The notes under the pieces: generated by a model
Told to the model about the DNA's origin: nothing
Database searches by the model: none
The model's input: only the letters and a program-made list of their open reading frames with translations
Assembly (NCBI RefSeq): GCF_001194135.2
Contig: NC_068993.1
Span: forward strand, 15,254,194 to 15,318,193
Reading direction: 5' to 3'
DNA from: Octopus bimaculoides
Lineage: Eukaryota
DNA length: 64,000 nt
Shown: piece after piece, positions 1 to 12,430 of the stretch
Layout of the letters: the number at the start of each line of letters is the position of its first letter
Numbering within the stretch: the first letter of the stretch is position 1
Program-made: the position numbers and the translations under genes

Positions 1-55
1 AAAGTAAGAAACAGAATGGAGAGACTGGACTGGCACAGCTAATAAATTCATGGGG
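1..55 (+). CDS. Exon A (5'-partial) of an unidentified multi-exon gene; SKKQNGETGLAQLINSW(G)
   Basis: Frame starting at base 3 is open to a GG|GTGAGT donor at 55/56 (phase 2), which is phase-compatible with exon B. Confidence 0.6.
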
Positions 56-375
56 GTGAGTATGTTCAGAAACGTATGTTTGTAAGTTGGAGAGGCAGTC
101 ATTTATAATTTCTTTTTTTTACGTTTTGTATTGTTATATTCGTTTCTCCGTATTTTTGTCTTGTTAAATACATCGCAAGAGGAAAGAGTATAAAGCAATA
201 ACATTTGCGACTATTTGCTTTTTCTGACAACCAGAATCTATGTTGCGTTAGTTTATTTAGTCTTTATTCCAAGTTTCGAAAACCATATTCCTGTGCGTAT
301 GTATGGTATAAATTACTTTTCTAAGTATTTTCTCTAAATCTGTTTACTTCGATTCATACATAATACATACATATA

Positions 376-496
<121 letters not shown>

Positions 497-789
497 TTGT
501 ATGCATTTGCTAGTGTAATTCTCTGTGTAGATTGTTATTTGTGAATGGATGAACATGTATACGAATATATTGTAGAATGTCATTGTGCTTATATGTGTGT
601 GCGTGTATATATTATTCGTGTATGTTATTCTTTCAGATTCCAGAATACATCGGCAAAGACTATAAGAAATCATAACAAAGATTCTCAGCCGTTGATTATT
701 AATTCTGCAGAAACCATTCGTTGGGAAAATATATGGTAAAGCCTCATGAAATTAAGCAAACGAAGAATACAGGTACGCTCATCTCCGAA

Positions 790-1077
790 ATCTTCTTCCA
801 CTTCCTCGACATCCTTGTTGTTGTTGTCATCGTCGTTTTCGTTATCATCATCATCATCATTTTTCTTTTCTTCTTCCTTCTCTGTGCCCCTCCTCCCCTT
901 ATAATCAGCAATTTCGTCGTCGTCGTCGTCGTTTTCGTCGCCGTCATCATCATCATAGTCCTCATCATCTTTGTCATCTCGTTCATCAAATGCGTTATGC
1001 CAATTCTTTAGATTCTGATTTCAGTCCTCACCGTAGCCAGGTTTGCCATTCACCCTTTTGAGAATCGATAAAATAAT

Positions 1078-1145
<68 letters not shown>

Positions 1146-1146
1146 G
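790..1146 (+). repeat. Trinucleotide low-complexity tract (GTC/ATC/TTC) and (CTA)n
   Basis: Direct reading. Confidence 0.9.
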
Positions 1147-1445
1147 CATACTGTGTGCTTCAGATTTTATATCCTGTATGGTCGGGCCCAATTTATGAAC
1201 TGGAGGCGCTGAAGAGAAAATGTTACAATCTATGTTATACAAGCTATCCCAAACAGAGCGATATTCTGAATTAGGTGGTTATAAAGGTTGCCTAGGCAAC
1301 TGGGTAAAGTCGCAGAAAGCTGATAACCAATGGCATTATTCCAGTTTTCATAGTTCACTTTCTGCTGGTTTTGAATTCCAGATCTTTTTACTAAGATTCT
1401 CTATGACTTTCACAAGGCACTTTTTCCCGATAATATTATTCTTCA

Positions 1446-1662
1446 AGGCGGCGAGCTGGCAGAAACGTTAGCACACCGGGCGAAATACTTAGCGATATTT
1501 CGTCTGTCTTTACGTTCTGAGTTCAATTTCCGCCGAGGTCGACTTTACCTTTTATCATTTCGGGGTCGATAAATCAAGTACCAGTTGCGTACTGAGGTCG
1601 ATGTAATCGACTGGCCCCTCCCCAAAGATTTCAGGCCTTATGCCTAGAATAGAAAAGAATAT
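1446..1662 (+). mobile_element. tRNA-derived SINE family A, near full length
   Basis: A-box-like TGGCAGAAACGTTAG, B-box GAGTTCAATTTCC, central CCTTT(T)ATCATTTCGGGGTCGATAAA, tail GGCCTTATGCCTAGAATAGAAAAG; more than 20 homologues in the window. Confidence 0.85.
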
Positions 1663-1789
1663 TGTTATTCTTTAATTCAGTTATGCGTTTCAGCCCAAAT
1701 GGTTGTGGCCATACTGGGGCATGTCGATAAATAACCAACTTCTATCTTTCTTGTCCTTCGTAATGATACTAGACTAATTTGGCTTTATC

Positions 1790-2345
1790 TTTCTACTAGT
1801 GTGAATAGCTATTCAGTAGATTATGGTAATATCCTTGCGGCAAATAACTGTGTGTAGCTGATGAACGTATCATCTCTTTGCTATCCTGATCTTGTAATTT
1901 CTCTATTTCTTCCATTGCAGACACACTGCTGCCTTTCAGACTACCAATGAAAATGTTGTCTATGGTCTCTTCTAGTTTTTCACAAACCTTTGTAGATCAG
2001 TAACGCCTTTCATAGTGACAAAACCTAATTGTGAGATTCCGATACGTTTTGTAAACTGGGTATATTAGGCTACTGCTTTCATTTTCACTCTCGTGCTCCT
2101 TAGACATTTGTGGATCTTCTACTGGATCTTAGACATTTGTGGATCTTCATTTGTGAATCGTCTGCTGTTTTCTCTTTAGACACGTTCCATTCATATCTTC
2201 TCCTTCCAGGATTTCTCTATTTGCAGCCGGCTTTAGTGTTTTGCATTCAGGTTCACTAGTTTAAAACAAACGACAGTAAACTTGTTTTCCATCTGTGGCG
2301 TGTCTGAGGTACCAAATTAGTTTTTGGAATAGCTTTGTTTTGTTC
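1790..2345 (-). mobile_element. Decayed RTE-like LINE 3' fragment
   Basis: Minus-strand peptide remnants resemble the post-RT C-terminus of RTE-clade LINEs (e.g. TDL..CEKLEE..IDNI); internal 20-bp tandem duplication TTAGACATTTGTGGATCTTC. Confidence 0.45.
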
Positions 2346-2365
2346 TTGATTGAGGACATCATGTA

Positions 2366-2555
2366 TATTCTTTTCTTTTCTACTCTAGGCACAAGGCCCG
2401 AAATTTTGAGGGAGTACGCAACTGTTACCTAATTTATAGACCCCGAAAGGATGAAAGGCAAAGTAGACCTCGGTGGAATTTGAACTGAGACCTTAAAAAC
2501 AGACAAAATACCGCTAAGTATTTCGCCCGGTGTGTTAATGTTTCTCCCATCTCGC
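2366..2555 (-). mobile_element. SINE family A copy
   Basis: Reverse complement aligns with 1446-1662. Confidence 0.85.
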
Positions 2556-2584
2556 ATTGTTATCATCATTGTCATTATTATTAA

Positions 2585-2715
2585 CAACGAGGTCGATTCT
2601 ACATTTCATCCTTCAGGGGCGATAAATTAAGTACCAGTTGAACACTGGGGTCGATGTAATTGACTCATCTCCTGCCCTCAAATTGCTGCCCTTGTTGAAA
2701 AATTTAAAGCCATTA

Positions 2716-2800
<85 letters not shown>

Positions 2801-2990
2801 CAAGGTAGTGAGCTGGCAGAATCGTTAGAAGGCCGGGCAAAATGCTTAGCGGTATTTCGGCTCTCTTTATGTTCTGAGTGCAATTTTCACCGATAAATAA
2901 GTACCAGTTGAGCACTGGGGTCGATGTAATCGATTTGCCCCTCTCCATAAATTTCAGGCCTTGTGCCTAGAGTAGAAAAGATTATTATTA
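2585..2990 (+). mobile_element. Two SINE family A copies separated by (ATT)n
   Basis: Partial copy at 2585-2710; internally deleted copy at 2802-2985. Confidence 0.8.
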
Positions 2991-3423
2991 TTAGTAATAA
3001 AATTATCATCATTATTATTATTTGGTTGGGTGGCATAATCCGCAAAAACATTCTTGTAGTTATGGAATTTGAGAAAAAAAAAATTCCTGTAAAACTTTAT
3101 TCATATCACAAATACTTTATTTGACAATTTTCTGGTCATCCTGATCATTTAAGTTACAAAACTGCAGTAAATACTGCACATTGTAGATATGTTTAGTAAA
3201 TGAATCATATTTCATTGGACTTCGTCCTGGGGCATGATTTACGCTAGATTTCATTATTTGATCATTATTTCATGAGGTACTAACATCTAATGAAATATAA
3301 TCACTTTTCTTTTTTTTCTTTTTGCCTGACATTTCTGAATATAGAAATTCAACGAAATCCGTATACCGAACCATAAGTAAACGAATTAAGTTTTTTTTTA
3401 ATCATCATACTTATATGACATTC

Positions 3424-3466
<43 letters not shown>

Positions 3467-4934
3467 TAGATGGATAGATAGATAGATAGATACACACGCA
3501 CATCTATATATGTACATATATATATATATATATATATACATATATATATNNNNNNNNNNNNNNNNNNNNNNNNNNNNNNNNNNNNNNNNNNNNNNNNNNN
3601 NNNNNNNNNNNNNNNNNNNNNNNNNNNNNNNNNNNNNNNNNNNNNNNNNNNNNNNNNNNNNNNNNNNNNNNNNNNNNNNNNNNNNNNNNNNNNNNNNNTA
3701 TATATGCATACATACATATATTTATATGCATGCATATATATATATATGCATACATACATGTGTGTGTTTATGCATGTTTGTATGGATGTATGTGTCTATC
3801 TATATATATACGTATGTGTATATATATATCTATATATATATGTGTATATATATTTGTATATATACTTATATATGTATATACATTCATACATACATACATA
3901 CATACATACATACCTACTTACATGCATACAAGCATACAAGCATACATACATGCATACATACATACATACGTAAGCTTCGCAAATTAAATATTCTCTTAGT
4001 TATTAAAAACAGAATTGTCTAGACACATTTTTATCGCATCATAAAATATTCTAAAAGTGTTTTTCTGATATGAACAGGATATAATATATGCATATATTTG
4101 AAGAATTCTGGCACATGGTGTCTCTTACGTAAAGTCTCGGAGTTACACCATTTTTTAAAAAATAATCATTATCTTTTTATCATTACCAGCCACAAGTGTC
4201 GTTACGATATGATGTTAACCAAAATAAATATAGTATTTAGCCACAGAGATCTCAATCCCCTCATTGCTATATGAGGTAAATGATATCAGGTGCTGTACGA
4301 CGAAATGTCTACAATCCAAATTACCTCGGAGCTTATGAGTTTCTAGTTATTTGCTAGTATAATGCGCAGTCGCTTGTTTTGTTTCAAAAACAACTTAATT
4401 ATTCTTTTCATATATGTAGACAAATTAATAATTTAATATTGAATGTTTTGTCGCCAGTAGCAACGAGAAGCTGTGATCAATATTATTTAACTTAACTAGT
4501 AAAACTTACATTGAATAAACTGCGAACCTTTCTGGAGACATTTGTTGTTAGATGAACATATAGATGTTTTATGGTGTACCACGTATGAGATATGTACTGT
4601 ACTTAGAACCATGATTTGATGTGTACAGCTACTATTTAATAAAGTAGCGTCGTTATGTAACTAACAGAAGTTCTACTAGTCTGAAATGCCTAACCTTTGT
4701 TGCATGTTCCAGTCCTAGACAACTGAAACCTTCTGCAATATGACATGGCGAAGAGATTCTCATAAAACTACTAAAAACAACTAAGCATTCAAAACTGCTT
4801 GACATAAATATTAATCGTATACTATATGTTAAAGAAAGTAAAATATTGTATATTAAGGTGTGAATAGGACCAGAGAGAAGGTATAAATAAGCTTAAGGTG
4901 ACTGCCCGCTTCTCTGATTTCTGTGGTCTTAAGG

Positions 4935-5075
4935 TACTGAGTCGGTAGAACATTTAGTATGCCGGAAAAAAAATGCTTAGTAGCATTTCATCCCCTTTTA
5001 CGGTTTGAATAGAAATTTCGACGAGCTTGACTTTGCCTTTCATCCTTTCGTAGTGGATGGAATAAGTACCAAAAA
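4935..5075 (+). mobile_element. SINE family A, degraded 5' part
   Basis: TGCTTAG..CATTTC and GACTTTGCCTTTCATCCTTTCG blocks. Confidence 0.65.
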
Positions 5076-5084
5076 ATAAATATT

Positions 5085-5410
5085 AATAAAAAGAGAAAAG
5101 GGTAAAGAGCTCCTTCGGTCATGTATGACCACGAGATTGCACCTAGAAAGTTACCCTCCAAGGCACAAGTCCAGGCAAGGTGGTTTATAGAAAACCAGTA
5201 GTCGCCCATGCATACCAGCCTCTTTTCTCCATGCTACCAATGTTATCCAAGGGAAACCCCAAGTCCGATACAGCTTGGCACCAGTGATGTCGCAACTTAG
5301 TTCTACAGCTGAGTGAGCTAGAGCAAGGTGGAACAATCACATAACACATAACCCGGTACGGGATTCAAACTCACTACCTCCTGATTGTGAGCCCGACGCT
5401 CTAACCACTG
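5085..5410 (-). mobile_element. tRNA-derived SINE family E
   Basis: Minus-strand head CTCAGTGGTTAGAGCG...GAGTTTGAATCCC; middle CACCTTGCTCTAGCTCACTCAGCTG related to family B; distinct tail ending CATGACCGAAGGAGCTCTTTACCC. Confidence 0.75.
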
Positions 5411-5549
5411 AGACATAAATGGTTACATTACTGATAAGAACATATGCGCTAATGTTTTGCTAAATACGGTTTACTAAATACGGTCATTGACCTTAATTCT
5501 GCTCTGAATTAAGGTCTGGTTTACATCTAATTAACCTCAGCGATATCTA

Positions 5550-5890
5550 ACTCTTTGCCAGCCATATGGTTCCAGATTCACTCCCACTGCGTGGCACCTT
5601 CGAGAAGTCTCTACTACAATAGCCTCGAGCCAACCAAAGCTTTGTGAGTGGATTTGGTAGACGGAAACTGAAAGAAGTCCATCGTATATGTGTGAGTGTG
5701 TTATTTGTCCCCTACCATCGCTTCACAACCGGTATGGTTGTGTTTACTTCTCTGTAGCCTAGTGGTTCGGAAAGAGAGTTCGATAAAATAAGTACTAAGC
5801 TTAAAAAAAACACTGGTGTCGACTCGATCTACTAAATGTTTTGTAATGTGGTATCTACATGGCCGTAGTCTAATGACTGAATCAAAAGGA
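5550..5890 (+). mobile_element. SINE family C (CORE-like domain)
   Basis: GGTTC..TCCCACTGCGTGGCACCTT(GGGCAAG) CORE-like block, GTGGATTTGGTAGACGGAAACTG, and tail ending ATGGCCGTAGTCTAATGACTGAA. Confidence 0.8.
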
Positions 5891-5954
5891 AGAGAGAGAG
5901 AGAGAGGGGAAGAAAGAGAGAGGGGAGAAAGAGAGAGAGGAGTAGAAGGAGAGA

Positions 5955-6112
5955 GGGGGAGAAAGAGATAGAGGAGGAGAAAGAGATAGAGGAGGAGAAA
6001 GAGATAGAGGAGGAGAAAGAGATAGAGGANNNNNNNNNNAGAGGAGGAGAAAGAGATAGAGGAGGAGAAAGAGATAGAGGAGGAGAAAGAGATAGAGGAG
6101 GAGAAAGAGAGA
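5955..6112 (+). repeat. 18-bp tandem repeat (GAGGAGGAGAAAGAGATA)n spanning a 10-N gap
   Basis: Direct reading; the copy number is unreliable. Confidence 0.9.
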
Positions 6113-6764
6113 CAGAGAGATGTATTCCATTCAACAGAGACCCATATATGTACAGGGTAGAAAGGAAAACCACATCGGTGTTCATTTAAACTCAGAACAG
6201 TAAGAGACCAAGAAACTAAATATATTTAGACATTTGATCACATACCACAATCTACTATTCCACTTCACCAAATGAAAAAAAGCCTGTGATATTAATTCAA
6301 ATAAGTAATTCTGTTGAAAATTAAATAGGAAAAGCCTTGACAAATAAGATTTTAAAAAGTGATTATTCTGGAAGTCAACAAGAAAGCTTCTAAAACATTC
6401 TTATTCTGTTTTGTATTTTATAATATAACAAAAACAGAATAGTGTTACAACACATTATTTAATTATTTATTGTCATATCTTTTTCCTCTTTGTCTATTAT
6501 CTAATCTTCTGCAAGTATTTAATGGGATGTCAGTAGTAGCAGCATCCATTATCGGTTCAATCAACAGTATTTAACCAAAAAAGGAAAGCTATAAAAATAA
6601 TTCTACATATTACGTTTGTCCGTGTGTATGTGTGTGTGTGTGTGCGTGCGCACGTGTGTGTATATTGATGTATACATACTGAGTGCTGGTCATCTCGCTT
6701 TGGCCTGTCATTTGGTACTCAGAGTGCTACTCGTGTTTTACAAGTATTAACCGCTATAATCCAG

Positions 6765-6944
6765 TGACATACAGATGTCTCTTTATCGTGACTTTATTCG
6801 TCATTCCATCCACGGAATCTTCTCTGGCGATCGAAGAGTGTCGACGGTGTGCAGAACTCTACCAGTCGGGAACTCACCTATGTTCCAAGCCATGCAGATC
6901 CGCAAGCAACGATACTTGAATAGTCATCTGAGAGGTCACAGACG
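6765..6944 (+). CDS. Exon B; (G)DIQMSLYRDFIRHSIHGIFSGDRRVSTVCRTLPVGNSPMFQAMQIRKQRYLNSHLRGHR(R)
   Basis: CCAG| acceptor at 6764; 180-nt open, GC-richer block; CG|GTAAGT donor at 6944/6945; phase 2 in and phase 2 out. Confidence 0.75.
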
Positions 6945-7073
6945 GTAAGTGAGAAACACTATGGATAACGACAAAGCACAAGTAAACGGTAATCACCTGT
7001 ATATATTGACTGGTATGTGTGCATCTGTGAACACATACAAACAATTGCACACACATGCACACAAACAAACAAA

Positions 7074-7150
<77 letters not shown>

Positions 7151-7261
7151 NNNNNNNNNNNNNNNNNNNNNNNNNNNNNNNNNNNNNNNNNNNNNNNNNN
7201 NNNNNNNNNNNNNNNNNNNNNNNNNNNNNNNNNNNNNNNNNNNNNNNNNNNNNNNNNNNNN

Positions 7262-7294
<33 letters not shown>

Positions 7295-8366
7295 CATTCT
7301 CGGAATGGTTGGCGTTAGGGTTAGGGTATCCAGAAGAAATTTTCATTGGTCATTGGTTAAAACAGTCATCGACGTCAAGTGTGACGTCATCGTCATTGTG
7401 ATAATGGCTACCAGCCAACTGTTGTTTTTTTTTGTTTTCTTTTTGTTTTTTTTTCATGTTGGGAAACAGATGATAGTCAGATGGGGCCAAATCAGGAGAA
7501 GAGAGTGGATGGTCAAACAATTCAAATTCACAGTCACTCACTGTAGAGATTGAAACTAATGCCTTATATGCTGCAGCATTACCCTGTTGAAAGAAAAGCA
7601 CTTTTGTCCATTTTCCCGGGTCATTTGGTCTTGATGGGTGTTGTGCTCCTGTCGAAGGTTGTCAATAACACACTTCCCCGATGATGAAAAGAATTTGGCC
7701 ATCTTTGGAGCAAGCGAGGAGCGGTGTTTCCACTACATGGATCGTCTCTTTCTCTCTGTCTCAAAGTGATACAGAAAATACTCATGATTTACATAATGTT
7801 CAAAGTAAACAGCTGGATCTACATCTATAATTGTCAAATTTTTCCGTGGTGTGATCAGCTTGGTGTGCTTTTTTGTTCAGGTGTCAGCAGATACCTTCAT
7901 TATGCTAAATTCATTATGCATTCGCAACTTTCTCCCGGGATATGCTAATAGCATTGGCTGTTTCGTGTATAATCTATCACCTGTCATCCATCAACACGTG
8001 ATGAACAGAATCAATGTTTTCCTCATTAGCGGGAGTTGCAAAACGTCTAAACTTTGGCTCATCTTCAAGCCTCTCTGTTTTTCACGAAAATTCAGCTGCC
8101 CAATTTTGCACTGTTGAAAAAGCCGGAACGTCATCCGATAATGTATCAACCATATCAGCGTTAATGTCGTTGGAGGATAACAACACGATACCAAGAGCAG
8201 TCGCAACTATTTACATTTGAAGTCATATTTCAACAGTCAGTTTTCAGTTTACCTGGACAGCAACAATGCCATTAATGATGAGAATTGGAATTAACGCATG
8301 CAAGATATCACAGCTGTAGCGTCACTCCTTCATAGTCAGTCTATGACCTTTTCAGCCCACTCTCCA

Positions 8367-8367
<1 letters not shown>
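7295..8367 (-). mobile_element. Degraded mariner (Tc1/mariner DD34D) element, 5' TIR retained
   Basis: Minus-strand remnants include FSTVQNWAAEF, EDEPKFRRFATPANEENIDSVHHVLMDDR, FFQQGNAAAYKAL and ELFDHPLSSPDLAPSDYHLFPNMKK (YSPDLAPSDY-type motif). The TIR-like end next to TA at 8368-8369 matches 61846-61990. Many stops and frameshifts. Confidence 0.9.
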
Positions 8368-8397
<30 letters not shown>

Positions 8398-8400
<3 letters not shown>

Positions 8401-8647
8401 AATAAATGGGCCCTTTTAAAGCCTAGCCAGGCTCTTGGGCCCCAGTTTCTATGGCGTTTGTGCTCCCTAGCAGGATGGGACGCCAGTCCATCGAAGCGTT
8501 ACTCATTTTTGCCAGCTGAGTGGATTGAAGCAACGTGAAATGAAGTATTTTGCTGAAGAACACAACGCGTCGTCCTGTCCAGGAACCGAAACCACAACCT
8601 TACGATCACAATGCTGACACCCTAATCACTAAGACACGCGCCTCCAC
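8398..8647 (-). mobile_element. SINE family D (family B head and middle, different tail)
   Basis: Head GGAGGCGCGTGTCTTAGTG, middle CACGTTGCTTCAATCCACTCAGCTGGCAAAAATGAGT, tail GATGGACTGGCGTCCC...GGCTAGGCTTTAAAAGGG. A tail-only copy lies at 46408-46490. Confidence 0.8.
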
Positions 8648-8789
8648 ATATATATGCAGGTATGTATACATGTACAGATATACATATACATAAACATACT
8701 TATATCAAAATACATAAAGATATGTCTGTGTAGTGGGTGTTGCAGAAATAAATAAAATACAAAGATGAGAAACGCCGCATTACTTTGAC

Positions 8790-8850
8790 GTTCAGGTAAA
8801 CTGGAACAGGTCTTTAACGTTTCGAGCCTACGCTCTTCTACAGAAGAGGA
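8790..8850 (-). ncRNA. Degenerate minimal hammerhead-ribozyme-like motif, probably from a PLE pseudo-LTR
   Basis: Minus strand reads TCTT-CTGTAGA-AGAGC-GTAG-GCTC-GAAACGTT-AAAGA: CUGANGA-like core with A6>U, stem II hairpin, GAAA and palindromic AACGTT. Confidence 0.4.
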
Positions 8851-9425
8851 GAGTTGAGGAGAGATGGCGAGAGAGAAAAAATGGAGAGAGAAAACTACGT
8901 GTCAGTGTCGTACACAACGATAAAATGTAATCTATTCATGGAAGACGAAAGCCCAAAGTAAAGTAATTAAAATAGTATTACAGAATTGCGTAATTCAGTC
9001 AGAATAATATTTATGACGAATATATGTCTGCAGCATTCGTAATAAACCAGACAGTGAGCAAATAAAGAGAACTAGATGTGACGAGATTTAAGATAGAGAT
9101 AGTTGAGTATGGAGACTGTTCAATAGAAAAGTTAGTGTTTCATTATTGAGAAGATAGGTTTATATTTACTAACACATGGGTATGTGCATGCAGTCGTATA
9201 CAGAAATGCTCGGAAGATTATATACATTGACATACACATGTGTGTGTATGTGTGTTTGTTTGTGTGTGTGTGTATGTGTGTGTGTGTGTGTGTGCGTGTG
9301 TGTGTGTGTGTGTGTCTGTATGTGAATTCTTGTGTGTAGATGTTTATTCTATAGCTCTCTTGCAAAGCATGATGCGCAGTTATTTTCTTTCCAGCTGACT
9401 AACTATACATACATATATACACACA

Positions 9426-9460
<35 letters not shown>

Positions 9461-9829
9461 NNNNNNNNNNNNNNNNNNNNNNNNNNNNNNNNNNNNNNNN
9501 NNNNNNNNNNNNNNNNNNNNNNNNNNNNNNNNNNNNNNNNNNNNNNNNNNNNNNNNNNNNNNNNNNNNNNNNNNNNNNNNNNNNNNNNNNNNNNNNNNNN
9601 NNNNNNNNNNNNNNNNNNNNNNNNNNNNNNTATACATGGAAATATATATTCATAAGTATATATATGTGGGGGGTGTATATGTGTGTGGGAGGTGTATGTG
9701 TGTGTGTGAGCTTGTGCGGGTGCGAGTGTATGTATGTGCGTATATCTTGTATGTTCAACGTTGTTCATATTTCATAACCTCCTCGGGTGTTTAGTTCGAG
9801 TTAAACAAACGCATTGTGCGAAACTCCTA

Positions 9830-10370
9830 GTAAGCCAGTAAGGAATCATTGATTTGCTTCAAACACATCAAACACACTTTAATTGTTCTGTGTATTGCTT
9901 CTCTTGTGAGAAACTCTTGATCGTATACACACATACACAAAAGTGATGACTTTTGTGCAGAAACCTGGACAATGTATCGAAGCCTTTGAGGTGGTAACCT
10001 TTTACAGATTGGGGCAGAATAAACTGGAAAGATTGGTAAGTAATGCTGCAGTACTAGAAAATCTGAGAGTCCGACGACATATAATGTTAGAATCAGTCCG
10101 TTAAGCTGCCATAATTTGAACATATAATGCGGCACGAACGATTGTCCAAGACTATCGTGAGATGCAGTGTGGAGTGGGGGAAAAGCAGGAAACTGTACTC
10201 ATAACAGCAAAGAATAGACTGTAACCAAGGGTGTGGCTGATTGTAGGAATGCAGAAAATGACAGGTGGGGAAACGTAGGGACTTGAAAAGCTGAGCCTCG
10301 GATAAATGGAGGTTACATGGTTTGGTTGACGGCTGAATAACGTTCGGCTCTTGAGTTACTTTGTAACTAG
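9830..10370 (+). mobile_element. Decayed RTE-like LINE 3' fragment
   Basis: AETWTMYRS, NWKD, VSNAAVLEN and MRHERLSKTIV remnants, in the order of the RTE motifs ETWT..W.D.VTN..VL..RM...RLPK; frameshifted. Confidence 0.55.
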
Positions 10371-10386
10371 TTAAAAGACACACATA

Positions 10387-10487
<101 letters not shown>

Positions 10488-10504
10488 AACAGACACACGC
10501 ACGC

Positions 10505-10680
10505 ATATAGGCTCAGTTATGGATGTGTGGGTACAAAGTTAGCTTCCAAACCTAGTGGTTTGGGGTTCAGTTCCACAATGCAGCAACTTGGGCAAGTCTC
10601 TTCTGCAATAGACCCTGGGTTGACCAAAGTTTAGAAATTGTATTTGTATGTGTTCTTGTATGAATGTATGGTTGTGTCCA
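10505..10680 (+). mobile_element. SINE family C 5' half
   Basis: GGGTTCAGTTCCAC...AACTTGGGCAAGTCTCTTCT...GACCAAAG. Confidence 0.75.
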
Positions 10681-12247
10681 TCACGTATGTCAGTATTTCT
10701 CATATGGTCATAGATTTTGTGTGTGAACACTGTCTTCATGTCTCTATCAAATCTCGTCACACTTACTTTTCTATACGAACAGAGAAGCGTCTGTGTGTGT
10801 GTGTGCGTGTGCGTATGTATGTTTGTGAGTGAGTGTGCGTAGGCGTTGCGTTCACCGCTCTGACAGAGTACTTTTGTCTCTAATCATAACTTTCATCATT
10901 CTATGTTTATATCCTATATTAAATTTGTATTCCTACATCAATATCTCCGTCTGTGTTGATCCATTAAAGGTAGCTACGATAAAAATCTATAGGCATGAAA
11001 AATATTCCTGTATGTATGTATGTATATATGTGTGTATGTATGATCATAAACTATAGATATTTATACATATATATATATATATATACATATAGTGTATATA
11101 TATATNNNNNNNNNNNNNNNNNNNNNNNNNNNNNNNNNNNNNNNNNNNNNNNNNNNNNNNNNNNNNNNNNNNNNNNNNNNNNNNNNNNNNNNNNNNNNNN
11201 NNNNNNNNNNNNNNNNNNNNNNNNNNNNNNNNNNNNNNNNNNNNNNNNNNNNNNNNNNNNNNNNNNNNNNNNNNNNNNNNNNNNNNNNNNNNNNNNNNNN
11301 NNNNNNNNNNNNNNNNNNNNNNNNNNNNNNNNNNNNNNNNNNNNNNNNNNNNNNNNNNNNNNNNNNNNNNNNNNNNNNNNNNNNNNNNNNNNNNNNNNNN
11401 NNNNNNNNNNNNNNNNNNNNNNNNNNNNNNNNNNNNNNNNNNNNNNNNNNNNNNNNNNNNNNNNNNNNNNNNNNNNNNNNNNNNNNNNNNNNNNNNNNNN
11501 NNNNNNNNNNNNNNNNNNNNNNNNNNTATATATATATATATACATTATTGGTAATATTCCGCGTTGTTTAGCACCATTAATCTTCATAAATTTATTCAGA
11601 TGAAAAAGCAATCTTGAATGTCTTGGAGCTTCAATGGACAGACGTAAGTGGGGACGCTACTGTCCATAATAAACATATAGGACTAATAAGAAAATATGTT
11701 GTAAATCTTTGAAAAATCGATTTAAATCAAGGCAATCAATAGTTCCTTATCATAACAATTTTAAAAGAAAAAAACATAAATTAGACCTCATTCTTTTCAA
11801 GGTAATCCCTACCAATTTTCGCATATTCGCTCATATGTTTCCATATTATAGTTCTATATTATAGGACTTTTATCCAACATTCTGCCTCTATTTTTTCCCG
11901 CTGCTGAGACTTGTTTCAAGCATTTCAGTTTGGATTTTGATATTCACCATTCCACATTCTCTTTTCCCGATGAAAATTTAGTCAAGCGTTTTGGAAAAAT
12001 CAGACACTATATGCTTCAAATGATATGTTATACAACACACTCATTTTGAACTGCGAAATACTTTGTGGTGATTATTCTGCCGCATCGAACCTCTTGCTCC
12101 ATGACTCAGTATCTGTGTTTTTTTTTTCCTGCTCTGCGCTAATGATTTATATAACGAATTTGAGTATAAATTATTTGACTTCTGCTGTCCTAGCATTCAT
12201 CCGCGGCACTGTTAAATATCCATTGAAATTATTATTTCTCCATACAA

Positions 12248-12430
12248 GGCGTTGAGCTGGCCGAATTCTTAGAGCATCGGGAAAATGCTATACAGTACAA
12301 TTACGTTCTCACTTCAGAATCCGCCGTTTTCATCATTTCGGGCTCGATAGAATAGGTACTGGGTCGATTTTAACCACTTTACCCTTCCACACAATATTGC
12401 GAACCTTGTACCAATATTAGATAAAAGAAT
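12248..12430 (+). mobile_element. SINE family A, degraded
   Basis: GGCGTTGAGCTGGCCGAA head and GCTCGATAGAATAGGTACTGGGTCGAT. Confidence 0.65.

Noticed and set aside
7313-7325. TTAGGGTTAGGG telomere-like repeat
   Set aside because: Only two units, inside decayed mariner sequence.
7382-7389. Perfect CRE TGACGTCA
   Set aside because: Incidental to the transposase codons (DDDVT); no supporting context.
7851-8220. + strand ORFs after a good-looking acceptor (TTTTTGTTCAG| at 7880)
   Set aside because: They are the antisense of the mariner transposase fossil.
10040-10050. GGTAAGT donor-like site
   Set aside because: It lies inside the RTE-like LINE remnant, with no open exon upstream.
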